64,000 bases of DNA, taken from assembly GCA_965202585.1 (NCBI GenBank), contig OZ241829.1, positions 21,948,001 to 22,012,000 of the forward strand, given 5' to 3'. Positions 36,268-48,313 of this stretch are shown in pieces (within the stretch, counting starts at the first letter, position 1; the number at the start of each line of letters is the position of its first letter). This stretch comes from Thalia democratica. Its lineage: Eukaryota. The notes beneath the pieces were generated by a model. The model saw only the letters and a program-made list of their open reading frames with translations. It was not told the DNA's origin and ran no database searches. A program made the position numbers and the translations under genes.

Positions 36268-37630
36268 ATGATTAAAGTTTCGATTAAGTTAGGATGTAAG
36301 TTGGATGTAAGTTTGGTTCTTGGTTTTGCTGGTCTGTTTGCGGCAGTTGGTGTTTTTCATTACACTTCTAGAATAAGAACAACAAACAAATTGGTTTAAA
36401 AATTGTTAAAACTGTTACCTGTGATAAAAAAGGTAAGAAAGCTGTTACCATTAAAGATACTTTGGAGTCAATAAGTGAGCCTAACTTTAGTGATACAAAA
36501 AATATGTCTTGCAGTCCGAAGTTGTTAAAAACTCAGGTTTATAAAGAAGTACAACTATCTGTGAATAGTATTGACAAAACATCAAACAACAGTGAAGGCC
36601 TGTTGTTAAGAACGTCCGCAAAGATTGAGGGAAAGAATATCGATGACAATGATATTTTGGTTCAGAGTGAAACGAAAAACCCGACTGATAAAATAGTAAA
36701 TAGTTTTCATGATCAAACAGCAAGGTATCACAGAAATGAAGAAGTGCCTGAAAACTTATTTGATGAAAGCCACATTAGGGGAGAAGCCTCAGGGAGAAAT
36801 GAAGAAAACCAAATTCGAAGTTTTGTAGCACCGGATGCTGAAATTTAAATAATGTTCTATATCCAACAACAAACGAGAAGTCTACTTTTGCAACTGGTAA
36901 TGAAAACTTTGACACTACTTTAAAATTAGATCTAGTTTCAGAAAATTTCAATGAAGTTGATAAAACTGTTGAAAATCAACCGAAGAATAGATCAAAAGAT
37001 GATATTACGAAAGATTGTATGGAAATTGGATTATTATCAAACAAATATATTACAGAGATAAAAACAATTATGCTAAATCGTATTAAAACTTTTAAAAAAA
37101 TTTTTTAAACAAATCAGCTTTCAAAAGACCTACTAGAAAAACTTACAACTAATCACCTGAAACACATTGACAGTACTGCAAATAACAATTTTATATACAA
37201 GCTGTACCAAATAGAAAAGTTTCATTGGCAAATGATCTCTGACAGCTTGAATGATGGTGTTTTGATAACAAGGTTCTTTGAAAACAATTCAGATTCTGGA
37301 ATCAGTCCTTTTGATCTAGTTCGAAATTTTTATTATAAGTTGGTTGAAGCATTGGTTTCTGTTGAGTGTTTATACGGCCAGTTTAAACTAGCGCTTGAAT
37401 CAGATGATGGTGACAAACTTAAAATTAGATTTTGTAAGTTTTGGCTAAACGAACACATAAAATCTTTGAATATAATATACGACGAATTGAACCAGAAAAT
37501 GAGTAGTGTTTATCCTGACAAAAAAGATAACGATGAGCTTATTGAAGTGGTCTACAAAGTAACGAGTTTTCTAGAAAATTTTTTTGAAGATTTGAGAGCT
37601 AAAGCGGTAAAAGTTGAATCTTATTTGTAA
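36268..37630 (+). pseudogene. Family A copy 6 (type II), frameshifted
   Basis: ATG at 36268; frameshift right after the anchor (43-aa product); further break near 36848; same in-frame TAA as copy 4 (ATT TTT TAA ACA AAT); C-terminal ORF 37232-37630. Confidence 0.85.
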
Positions 37631-40030
37631 GTGGACAACGACATATCTGTTGGATAAAAACAATTAAGTTGGTTATACATCTATTTAGTTTTTTTGCTGA
37701 TAATTTTTCTGTTATATTTTGCTTTGTTTTACTTGTGTGGATTTTAGTTATATATAGAATAAAAAAATACTCGTTTATATTAATATCATAAATAATAGGT
37801 ATATTGTTTAACATTTCAGTACTATTAATTCTTTGAATATTGTTTTTATTGCATTAATTACTAGTGATGTTTTACAAAGCATATTTAAGTTTAACAAAAT
37901 TCAAGTAGCAATTAAACTTTTATTTTTTTTTACAAACTGGTTGCAGGTTATTTGATAAAAAACAACCAAAGTTGCTTTCTTGGTAAACTTCTGTGTGTTA
38001 AGGGTCAGATACATTAACTGCCGGTATGTACAAAGTAGAAAAAAAAACTTGTCGCTTCAATCCAAAAGAGATGCTGTATTTTATAACTATCAGTGTTATG
38101 AACCTTAAATTAAGTTATTAAATTTTAAGAATTTTCATTAAAAGTAAAAAACTAAAGTAAAATATAAGTCAAACAACAAGAATATAAAAATTAATCTTAC
38201 AATCAAAAGTATTTCTTAATTGAGTATAGTTGTATATTGAAAAAGATCTTAGAAAGTTTTAGTAGTACCACTGAAAGATAAACATTTTACTACTAAAAGA
38301 AAAAGTTAAAGACTTTTAACTAGTTTAAAAATTCTTTAAAAATTTTTATTTTGCATTTTGTATTGCGTACTACGTGCATATAATACATTAATTACTAAAC
38401 AACAGTGAAAACAAATTAAAATAAAAATTTTTTTTTGCCCAACTAATAAATTTTAAATAATTTTTTATTAAGTTTGAAACTTATAGTTTACCACTAGATA
38501 AGAGCAAATAATATAAAATGGTTCAGAAAGTTTTTGTTTTTTCAAAACAATAAAAGTTCGAAAATACAATAAGCTTTTTTTAATTTTCAATGAAGACTTA
38601 TGTACGTTTGTTTTACATATGTGTAAAGAAATAATTTTAAATTAATGATACCTGTAGATTAAGATAAGATATCTAAAAAATTATATTTTCACACATAACG
38701 AAGAAGTCGTTTTAGGTTAAATTTCTATTGAATATGCTTACATTGTAATGTAAATTAGAAAAATATTAAGCTAAGACAGTTAAGGAAATAAAGTGAATAC
38801 GTTTTTCAATCTAAAACTTCACTTTGTTGACTAAATTAGTTATTATAGGTACTTTATTGACAAAACTGCTAGTTCTTTCTTTTAAATTTTTTAAATGTTA
38901 AATGACTTATTTGTAAATTTTTCTAAAATGTTAGCATTTTATAATAAGCTTTAACTTGTACTAAATATCACAAATAATGAACATCTAGAGAACTACTGTT
39001 ACTAGTTTTGAATAACAAACCAATAAAAGTTAATTAATAAAAGTTTGTTAGTAAAAGGAAACTCTAAACTGATTTGCATATACATTATAAATGAAAATGC
39101 TATTAAGGTAAACAAGTTAAAATGATGATGTAAACAAGTGTGAATTAATTAAAAATATGATCAATACAGTGCTTCCTTTACCGTTCGGTCGCCTTTTTTG
39201 TTCGAGAAATAGGTTTATTTAATCTAGCTCAAATCGAAGCTTTACTTCAATAGTTAACAAGTTTGACTTCAATAACTAAGGGAGCAGTTAATGTAACGTT
39301 ATAATTCTTAAGAAAATAAACTTGAAGTTATTGTTCATATGTTCGCGCTATTTATATATAAGAATATAATATAAACCAAGGGCTAGTCCGAACATAAATG
39401 TTTTGATTGTGATGAAATCGGGTTGTATTTCAGAATTTTGCCAACACATACCTTAGTATTAGTACACAGTCGGCCGGATCAAACGAAAAAAAATCTTCAC
39501 CAGAAAGTGTTTCAAAAATTATCCAATTCCGAGAGTCTTATGTTAAGAATAAAAATATTTATATCAAATATACTTCCTTCTTTACTTTTTAAGAAAGCGT
39601 CCCAACATCCAATGTTAGTATGACTGTTTACGATGTTATTTGTTTCGTTAAATAAATTTTAAACTATACAACGTTTCGTTTTTTTTTTTGGTCTGTTTTA
39701 GTTCTTTGTTTCGTTGAGGAAAATTGAAATAAGCTAAATTAACAGATAATTAAGTTTTATCATATGCATTGCATTATATTAGTCAGGTAGATTATAAAAA
39801 ACAACGATGTTTTGTTCTTATCTGGCCTTAGACACTTATCCGGCCTAACATACAAAAATAGCCAAATATGGCCGGGTAAGTGAGGAAGCACTGTACTATG
39901 TTTTAATATTCAGATACTTTCATTTAAATGTATAAATTAATTTTATGTGCAATTAACTTTTGTTTCTTTTAGAAATAAAGATTTCGAAATTTTGCAACAT
40001 TGAAAAAGATTCCCACAAAATTTGTTGCAT
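37630..40030. repeat. Arm of inverted segmental duplication (partner 23950-26340)
   Basis: Reverse-complement collinearity with 23950-26340. Confidence 0.9.
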
Positions 40031-40329
40031 TAATTTTTCTTTTGACATTTGATTAAGCTTTAAGTTCTGAATACTAAACTTAACTATTACCTAACTGCTA
40101 TTCTAGCTCTTTGACCACATTATTACTTTAGTAGTATTATATAATTTTATTAAAACTTAAAATCTAAATAATTAAAGAATTATATCACTATAGCGCTTAA
40201 AAATACTCAAGTACTATCAATTCGAGAATTATAAAATTTTACCTTTGTAAAAATTTTATTAGTAGATAATCGTTTAAACTTCCGGTAAATAATTTTCTCG
40301 AGATATCTATAAAATTAAGGAAAAAAAAA

Positions 40330-41000
40330 TCAAAGATTAAGAAAAAAATAAAATATCACTTCAGGAATGTCACTTGATAATGGTTAAAGTGAACAATTTT
40401 ACTACCAAAATTTACAATAAATCATCTAATACAGACGTTTAATTAAACTTTAACTCTTGCACCCTGTAATCATGGAAGGAAAACTTGATTAGATATATAC
40501 TCATCAGAAACGAGTATCAAAAGAACGAGAGAACAAAAAAAAAACAAATACAACAAAGGATGTTCTCTTAAAAAACGCTTATCCAATAGGAACTAAATCT
40601 AAAATATACCTTCGAAACTAAAAGTATTTAACATTACCTTAGATTAAAAATATTTCATGAAAAATAAGCAGAGATATAACTATAATGTTTGAGACAGTAG
40701 GAATTGATAGTAAGTAGCGTTCAGAAAAAAAAAAGTTGAAAACTACTTCTCATTAAAAGATCAAATCAACAAATTATACAGAAGTTGCCTTGTTTATAGG
40801 TTTCAATGTCCAGGTGAACTGGAAACCCAATATCATTGTGAAATGCACTAGGACAACTGCTAGTTAAAATTTAAGAACACTTTAGGGCCTCGGCCAACAA
40901 GTAGTGCAGTATTCTTGCATATTGAACAATGTCTATCAAAATTATGCATAACTTTAAATTTTTTAATTATTTTATGTAAGTAAATTTTATAAAAAAAGAA
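40330..41000 (+). mobile_element. Highly degenerate Penelope-like element (RT C-terminus + GIY-YIG remnant)
   Basis: Fragments NFTTKIYNKSSNTD, KDVLLKNAYP, SCLVYRFQCPGELETQY and PRPTSSAVFLHIEQC resemble PLE RT thumb and GIY-YIG motifs. Confidence 0.6.
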
Positions 41001-41527
41001 GTAGTTTAATAGCAGTTAAAGCAATTACGATTAAAAAAATCGATCCACCCAAAACTTTATAATCAACTGGGTCCTGATGAAATATCAATAATTACTCTTA
41101 CCGTATTCAAATAATCAATTTTTGTTTTTGTTCTAATTTTGTTCAATTTTCAGTTTTTGATTTTAGTTTGATTAATTTTCTATTGATTCATTTTAAATTT
41201 TACTCGTTTTTTGTTTGATTAATTATTTTAGTGAGTATTTCCTTTGTTTTGAAAGGGGATTTAGATAAACATTAAAAGCAGTGCTCAATAAAGTTGTTAG
41301 GGATGAAACGTTGTCATTTGCAATTAAATGGTAAATTTAAAATAAGATTTAAAATCAAGTATATGTTTATCCTTACGTAGTAAATAGAACTAAAATAAAC
41401 TGCTTTGAACAATGAAAATGTGTTAATTAGTAAAAAAAGCAGAGAAATAGGTTTATAAAAAATACTTAGTTTAAATAAGCCCTCATCAGAAATTTAATTC
41501 AGCTAATTTATTAACTATAAAATATAT

Positions 41528-41968
41528 TTACAAGAAATCTAGTGGACCACTAAATTCCTCATCATCGCTTTTGATGTCGAAACAGTCTTCATATTGATCA
41601 TCATCGATTGGAAATCTCAAAATTGCGGCAATCCCTGTAAACTGAGAAAGTTCTTCTACCGTGTCGTCAGCTTTTAACCTCTTTACATTCCCGCCTTTAC
41701 TCTTCACCCCATTTTCTAGTTTATCAATTTCTTTGCAAAATTTAATTATTTTTTCCCGTGCAAGATTTTGGGAGCTTACATAGTCTCTAATAATTAAGAG
41801 CGTTTCGATTGCACAAAACTCTTGAGCTTTTTTAACGTGTTCTAGGCCGTAGCAGATCTTTTTAGGGTATAAACGTATCATCGTTTTGAATTTTCTTATA
41901 GCATTTAACTCTTTTGAGTGCGGTAAACGCGGTGGGTAGTTGGTCAAAGCTTTGGGTAGTTTTTTCAT
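41528..41968 (-). CDS. Stand-alone Pelota/eRF1 domain-3-like protein (about 146 aa)
   Basis: ELNAIRKFKTMIRLYPKKICYGLEHVKKAQEFCAIETLLI...EELSQFTGIAAILRFPIDDD plus an acidic tail mirrors the Pelota/Dom34 C-terminal domain (YG..HV..A....AI.TLLI; E.L.Q.TG.AAILRFP). ATG at 41968 follows a tttcag acceptor-like site. Confidence 0.75.
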   Translation of the reverse strand: MKKLPKALTNYPPRLPHSKELNAIRKFKTMIRLYPKKICYGLEHVKKAQEFCAIETLLIIRDYVSSQNLAREKIIKFCKEIDKLENGVKSKGGNVKRLKADDTVEELSQFTGIAAILRFPIDDDQYEDCFDIKSDDEEFSGPLDFL

Positions 41969-43637
41969 TGTTTTTTTATTGTAAAAGCTGAAAAACAACG
42001 ATTGATAAAAAGGAAAAAAATACATGTTTAGTTTTTAATTCATAATCACAATTTTTTCAATTTTTAATTGAAAATATTTCAGACAAACTACAACCACACA
42101 AAGTTAATTACTGTTGTCCTTTTACAAAAAAACTATAAAACATTAAAAAAAATAACTGACACTACCGAATGCTTGTTTTTTTTGAATAGCTAAAACAAAT
42201 TGTTTGGCTGACAATAAAAAAAAGATAAATAGCGTAACATAAGATCAGAGTTAGTTATTTCAGAATAGAAACGTTGTGGGTTATAGCTTAACATTAACTT
42301 GTACAGTTTGTTACAACATCTTTTTAAGTAAGTTATTTTTCTATAAACAAACATAGCTCCACAGACCTGTAGCAAGTAAGTAGTAATAATTATGTACTTA
42401 CAGTTAATAGTTTACACTGTATTTCATGCACAAGGAATGATCACAATATAAAACACTATAAAACAAAATTGACACAAATAAATATTCTCTTACTATATAA
42501 TATTTATTAATTCTTAATATTGTTATTTTTAGTTTGTGGTTGTAGTTTTACTAAAACTTTCTAGTAAGAATTAGCTAAAAACTAAAAAAAAAAAATCAAA
42601 AATTTTGTTTTTTATTTAAATTAAACTGTTTTAAAAGGGTCAAACTTGTCATGTGTAGTTTTTAAAAAGATAAAAGTACAAAAGGTAATTAACAATTTCT
42701 AAGCAATAGAAACAATACTTCGTTAAATAAAATTATTTTTATTTTTAAACAATAATACTTATTTGTGAGAATTTGTTATTTTACTTTTCATTTAAAACTG
42801 TTATTATTCAATTTTACTTAGATCACACAATTTAACAATAAGAGGCATGAGATCAATCAAGTATACCTTAGAATATCATAAACTTGCTATCTTTCAACAA
42901 TAATTTAAATAATAAGTTTTTTATAACTTTGGTGAAAAATATTTAGAATTTTAACAACTAATATAATGCGTGGCTTACAATTAATTTTAAACAAAAAGAA
43001 AAAACTGTAAAACAATTCAAACTTAGCGAGTAAAAACCCATTAAAGAATAAAATGAACACAAACTAGTTTAAACATGTTGGAATTTTAAAATGTTAGAAT
43101 TTTTTTTTAATTGGTTAGTCGGAATACTATAAACAAATAGTTAAAAAATCACTAAAAACTTTAGACGAACATTAAATATTTTAAAACAAAAAAAGTTTAT
43201 GATCGTTTTAAAGACACTTTAAAAGCAATCTTGGCTATTTTGAAATATACTATATTTAATTAAGTATGTTTTATATACTGTGCCCGAATTAAAGTTGAAC
43301 AAAGTTATGAAAATTTTAACACATAAAGACAACTTTTAAGGATACATTTGTATGTAACATTGAAGTACTAGTGCTGAAAATTTGAAGAATGTTGAAAAAC
43401 TAGGTTTTTCAAAAGTAAAAGAGGAATTAAAACACAAAAAAAGTAACGTTGAAAATTTTAGTTGCTTTCAATATCTAAATAAAATACAAAACCTGAAAAA
43501 CAACAAATAAAACATTTAAAATGTAAATTGCTTTTAGAACTTTTAAGCAGTACATGTTTACAACTTTTTTTTTAATTAAGCATAAGAAAGGTTATTTGTT
43601 TTAACAGGTTTATTTTCTCCCGTCAGAGTCTTTTACG

Positions 43638-45650
43638 TCATTCAAATCTACTATTTATGAGTTCATCAGGTGATGAACATTCAGCATTTGTGTTTCCAGA
43701 CTGTGCTACAACTTCTGAAAAATTGATTATATTTACGATTAAATACTAATTCTTATAAAATAAATAACAAACAAACCTTCATGATTGGTTGTAGAAACTG
43801 CATTTTCACACTGACTGTTATTTTGATCGTGTAACCTAAAAAACAGTGTTAGTTATTAAATAAAACAATATAAAACTGTTATTACATGTTAAGGAAAAAA
43901 AATAAAATAACAAAATTGATAAGATATGAAAAGGGATAAAAAAATATATAAGTTTATATTTAGGTTAACTTATTTCCACTCATCATAAAATATTAAATGT
44001 TATTATTTCTTATACAATATAAGATACAAATAAGATACTAATACAAGTAGTTTCATCCCTTATAAAATGACTTAAATAATAATAAAAACAATTGTAGTTA
44101 ACTTTTTGAGTACTGTTTTGTAGTTTGTCTCCATGTCATCTAAGCATCTTAAAAGATTCACACTTGTGTCTTTAAGAGTTTTTTTATCCTCTTCTAAGCT
44201 GGCAATATTTTTTCTAAGTTTGATGTTTTGTCTTTTTTTCTTTTTAACTAGGTTTTTTAAGCCTGGAAAAAAATATGTATTACAACTTCATAAAACGTTA
44301 AAAAAAATGCTAAACTCTTGATTTTGATACAACGACGAACCTAATTTTAGAGCTAAAAATAAGCCACGAATATAAAAACATTTTAAGTATTATTTTTCTG
44401 AATGATTATATTGTAAAAAAAAGTTCAACTTACCATTGTTTTTTGTTTCAGTTCTTTTGCTTTTTAGTTTAAGCTGTGAAATTTCCGACATCTGCTCAGC
44501 AATTATTTTCTTAAAAACAGAAGAATCTGAAAATTTAAGGCAAATATGTATTAAGTACTAGAAAAAACTGCCTTTGAGAGCTTTCGCTTAAAATAATTTC
44601 AAAGAATCTTTCAATTTCACTTTATTAATTCTTATACTTATAAAATACATTAATAACTGTTTTCACAAATTTAAAACAAAAGGAAAAGTTTACATTAAGA
44701 AAATGGTTATATTATTAATAAAAATTTTAAAATTGTCTAATTTTAATCAAATTTTTTAATAAAAAATCTGTAAAGTTGTTTTCTGACCATTATTTTTATT
44801 AACTGCCTCAGTGGTTTTCATTTTCTTTCTCTCACAGCGCCTTTTATATCTATCAAGTGCTTGTTGGCAACCTTCCAAGTTTTCTGGTTGTTCCCAAGTA
44901 TCTTCATCGCTATAATTTAAATGGTTTAATATTACAATAAAAAATTTGTTCATAAAGACATTTATTATTTTTGAATATAGTTTTGAGTCAATTAAAAAAA
45001 AAACTTAACTGTCAGTCTCTTTTTACTGCTAATATGTTTGTAAATTTTCGTAAATAGTTGTGTTTTTTAACATAAACTTATTGAAATCAAAATAAAAGTA
45101 TTTAAAACAATGCGTCAATTTTTTTGAAAAAAAAAAACGTAACTAGATAAAACTAGCCTTGTTTAAAAAACCTAGAAATGCTTTTCAGTAAATTAATTGA
45201 TTATTTAAACAGTATAGATTAAAGTAATATACAAAAAGTTCTTTAACAGCTGACTAACTTGAATTAATTAGAAAATGAGTTGTCACCTTTTTTTAGGATT
45301 TAATTTATTTTATGATTTGAAAATAAATTAATTTTAATAGCAAAACATTAACAACAATCAGTTGACAAAAATAACCTTATATTAAATAAAACATATAAAA
45401 TATAACTATAAAAATATATAAATAAAATAAATATAACTATATAATATATAAAAATAAATATAAGTAGTATATATGGATAAATTAAAAAAACATACACATC
45501 AAATCCCTTCCATCTGACAGCATACTCAACTATTTTTTTGCCTCTAAATGTTCTTTCTCTCCTGTCGTATATCTTTTTCACAACATAGAACCCAGGATTC
45601 AGGGGTATTTTCAGATCTTCCCTTGCTCTTAGGTTATAAGGGGGTGACAT
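43638..45650 (-). CDS. Chromodomain + coiled-coil protein, copy 2 (6 exons, 221 aa, apparently intact)
   Basis: Exons 45650-45496, 44909-44788, 44526-44434, 44262-44103, 43835-43777 and 43714-43638; all GT-AG with matching phases, total 666 nt ending in TGA. Chromodomain YVVKKIYDRRERTFRGKKIVEYAVRWKGFDVDEDTWEQPENLEGC. Confidence 0.85.
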
Positions 45651-48313
45651 AGTAAAAGTTTTAGTTATAATGTAGTAGATACTGAAAACTGAGCATAAGA
45701 AACTGTTAACTACAACTTGTGATTAAAAAAAAAATCAAAAACTAACTAGTCTGAATTTATATTTTTATGGACAAAATGAGTATAAAGTTGTGCAACATAA
45801 AAGTACAAATTAAGGTTACCAAAAAAATATGTAATTATTTTATAAATCCAAATCTTCTACATTAATTGTTGAATATAATTCTAAATTATTACAATATTTA
45901 AAACTATAGAAGCAATTAATAATTTTTTTCTTAAAAAATATATGCTTTTTATTAATTTTTCATACTTGATCAAAGTTTCTTTCTTTGAGCTGTAAGGTAG
46001 CACTTTAAAATTGTTTTAACCATCACATTGACTTTTTAAATTTAACAGAAGTTAAAAGAAATCACTAAGTTTATTTTGTATTTCACATCTATGAAACTGT
46101 CTTTTTTAGCTTTTTTAAGTTACAACTAACTAATGTTTGTACATAAAATTAATTTCAAAATTAGTCTGGTGATCACAGTTTAGTGTTAAAGTTACCAAGT
46201 GTTTAAAATTTAGAAAAAAAATAAATATAAAACTCAAAACATGCCAATTAACAAAATAAGGTTATAAGTATTAAAAAAAAAACAAAAAAAATCAACTTAA
46301 CCCAACATAAAATTAGTTTAAATAATTACAAGGTCATTGTATATTAGACCTCTACACCAAATAAACCATTAACTTCATTATATATCTGAAAACAAAACTG
46401 TTGACCCTATCGTACAAGTATATAAACTATGACCAACATAAACCTGTTTAGTATTGAAAACTCAAACAAAAAATAATAATTTGTCAGTTAAATATTTAAA
46501 CTCACTAAAAAACCATCACCAAAAGCATAACACTTTTTTTTTAATACTACAAAGATATCTCTTCAAAAACTAAAAAAGAAAAAAACAGTTGTTTAAAAAC
46601 TAGGTTCTAATTAGGCCTGTCCTTTTCAGATATCTTTTTAAGCTGACCTTAGAATGGCCTTACTAAATTAAAACTAAATTGAACATGTAGGTCTTTGAAG
46701 GACTCTTTGTTTGCAAATTCTCGTAGGAGAAAAGCCAGAATGTTAATCGTACCAAAATGGACTTAGTAACAAACAAAACAGGATTTAATAATAAAAAAAA
46801 GAAGCTAGTTTTTTATCTAACTACTAATTTAAGCTATCTATAACCTGATGATTTTGAAAACTTTGAGAACCACTGCTAACTTCTGTATTAGAGCAGCTAG
46901 GTTTGATTAAATATTCAAGTTAAGTCATCTAACAATTTAGTTTTTTTTTACTTTAATTTAACAAGCTTTGAGTACAAAAAATTTTAAAGTTCTTTTATCA
47001 TACTAAAAACATATTTTTTAACCCTACTGCAATAATCTTTAAGTATTAAAAAGGGTTGTCAAAAATTCAGAAATAAAGATTTCTGAATACAGAGTAATAG
47101 TTTCTACGTGTAATTAAAATGTGATCGTCGAGTTATTAATTAGAGATTTTCTCAGAGAAATTTCCAGGAAGCATTTAAATTACTTCTCATAAATACTTTT
47201 AACTTTTATATATGTATAGTTAAGTACTGTACTGAGTATAGTTGAATAAAAATTAAATTACAAAACTAACAACAAAATTATGTGATATAATTGTTTGGTA
47301 TAATATGTGGTGTAATAAAACTATCCGATATAAATTTATAATATGCAAACGAAAAATACTGTGCTAATTGCAAACTTTATGACTAAAGAGGTTAGAAAAG
47401 TTTTCAAGTTTGTTGTTACTACTAACTAGTACAATTTATATAATTTAATTAAGCGCTATTTATTGTAGTAAATTATTTTAACAACAAGTATAAGTAATTT
47501 GTAAAATACATGTCTTTATTGTTTATTAGTTCTTTTTAAATAGTTTTTGTATTTTTAACTTTATTAAAAACAGAAATTTTTTTTAAACAACATAGATTAA
47601 TAAAAACTTTAGTATATCTTAAAATAAAAGGATTTAAATTAATTTCCATTGTTTTCATTTTATCTTGTTAGTGTTAGAGTGTACATTTGGAGAGACTGTT
47701 ATTAGTGTTAGTTTAACAAAACTTTGAAAAATAATTTGTAAAGTTTTCTAAAGGGACTTTACACATGATCATTCAGAAAACAAACCGTGATCACTATATT
47801 AAATTTCAATTAAATACTGAATACAGACTTTATTTATTTGTAACATTAAATATCATAAAAGATAAAATTGTAGATGTAAAGTACAAAATAAAGTAGTTAA
47901 AGCATTATTGATTGATTTAAAACTTATTAAGCTAAAAAAGTTGATAAGATCACTATATGTAGCTATATTGTAACAAAATATTTAGTTTTAATTAGTATAA
48001 AAATTAAAGACGATGGAAATTGATTTATTTTTTTAAAGGATAGAATTGTTAGTTGTTACTACAGTTTGAAGTATTGTATTAATTTGAAACTAATTTCAAA
48101 AACTGATAAACCAGGGTTAGATAAAAAACTGTTGAATTATTTTTATGTTAACTTTAGTTTGATCATTTCGCACAACCACAAACTTTAGGTATCAAAATAC
48201 AAATTGAAGCTAATTATTTTTTTAAATACTTTCTTAAAATCACAAGTTGTTATTTAACATTGTCTAATACTCTATTTTCAATCTTCTACTACGTTACTGC
48301 TTAGATTTTTACT

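Noticed and set aside
41074-41080. CTGATGA downstream of the 40.3-41.0 kb Penelope remnant as a hammerhead
   Set aside because: No following GAAA or helix III; at most a decayed relic.
42190-42375. Upstream exon of the Pelota-like ORF
   Set aside because: No resemblance to Pelota domains 1-2 and no convincing in-frame splice.
46600-46760. Possible RT motif (GS.LGPVLF-like)
   Set aside because: Too short and degenerate; no supporting neighbouring motifs.
46845-46865. CTGATGA-TTTT-GAAA as a minimal hammerhead
   Set aside because: No valid NUH triplet or helix I pairing.
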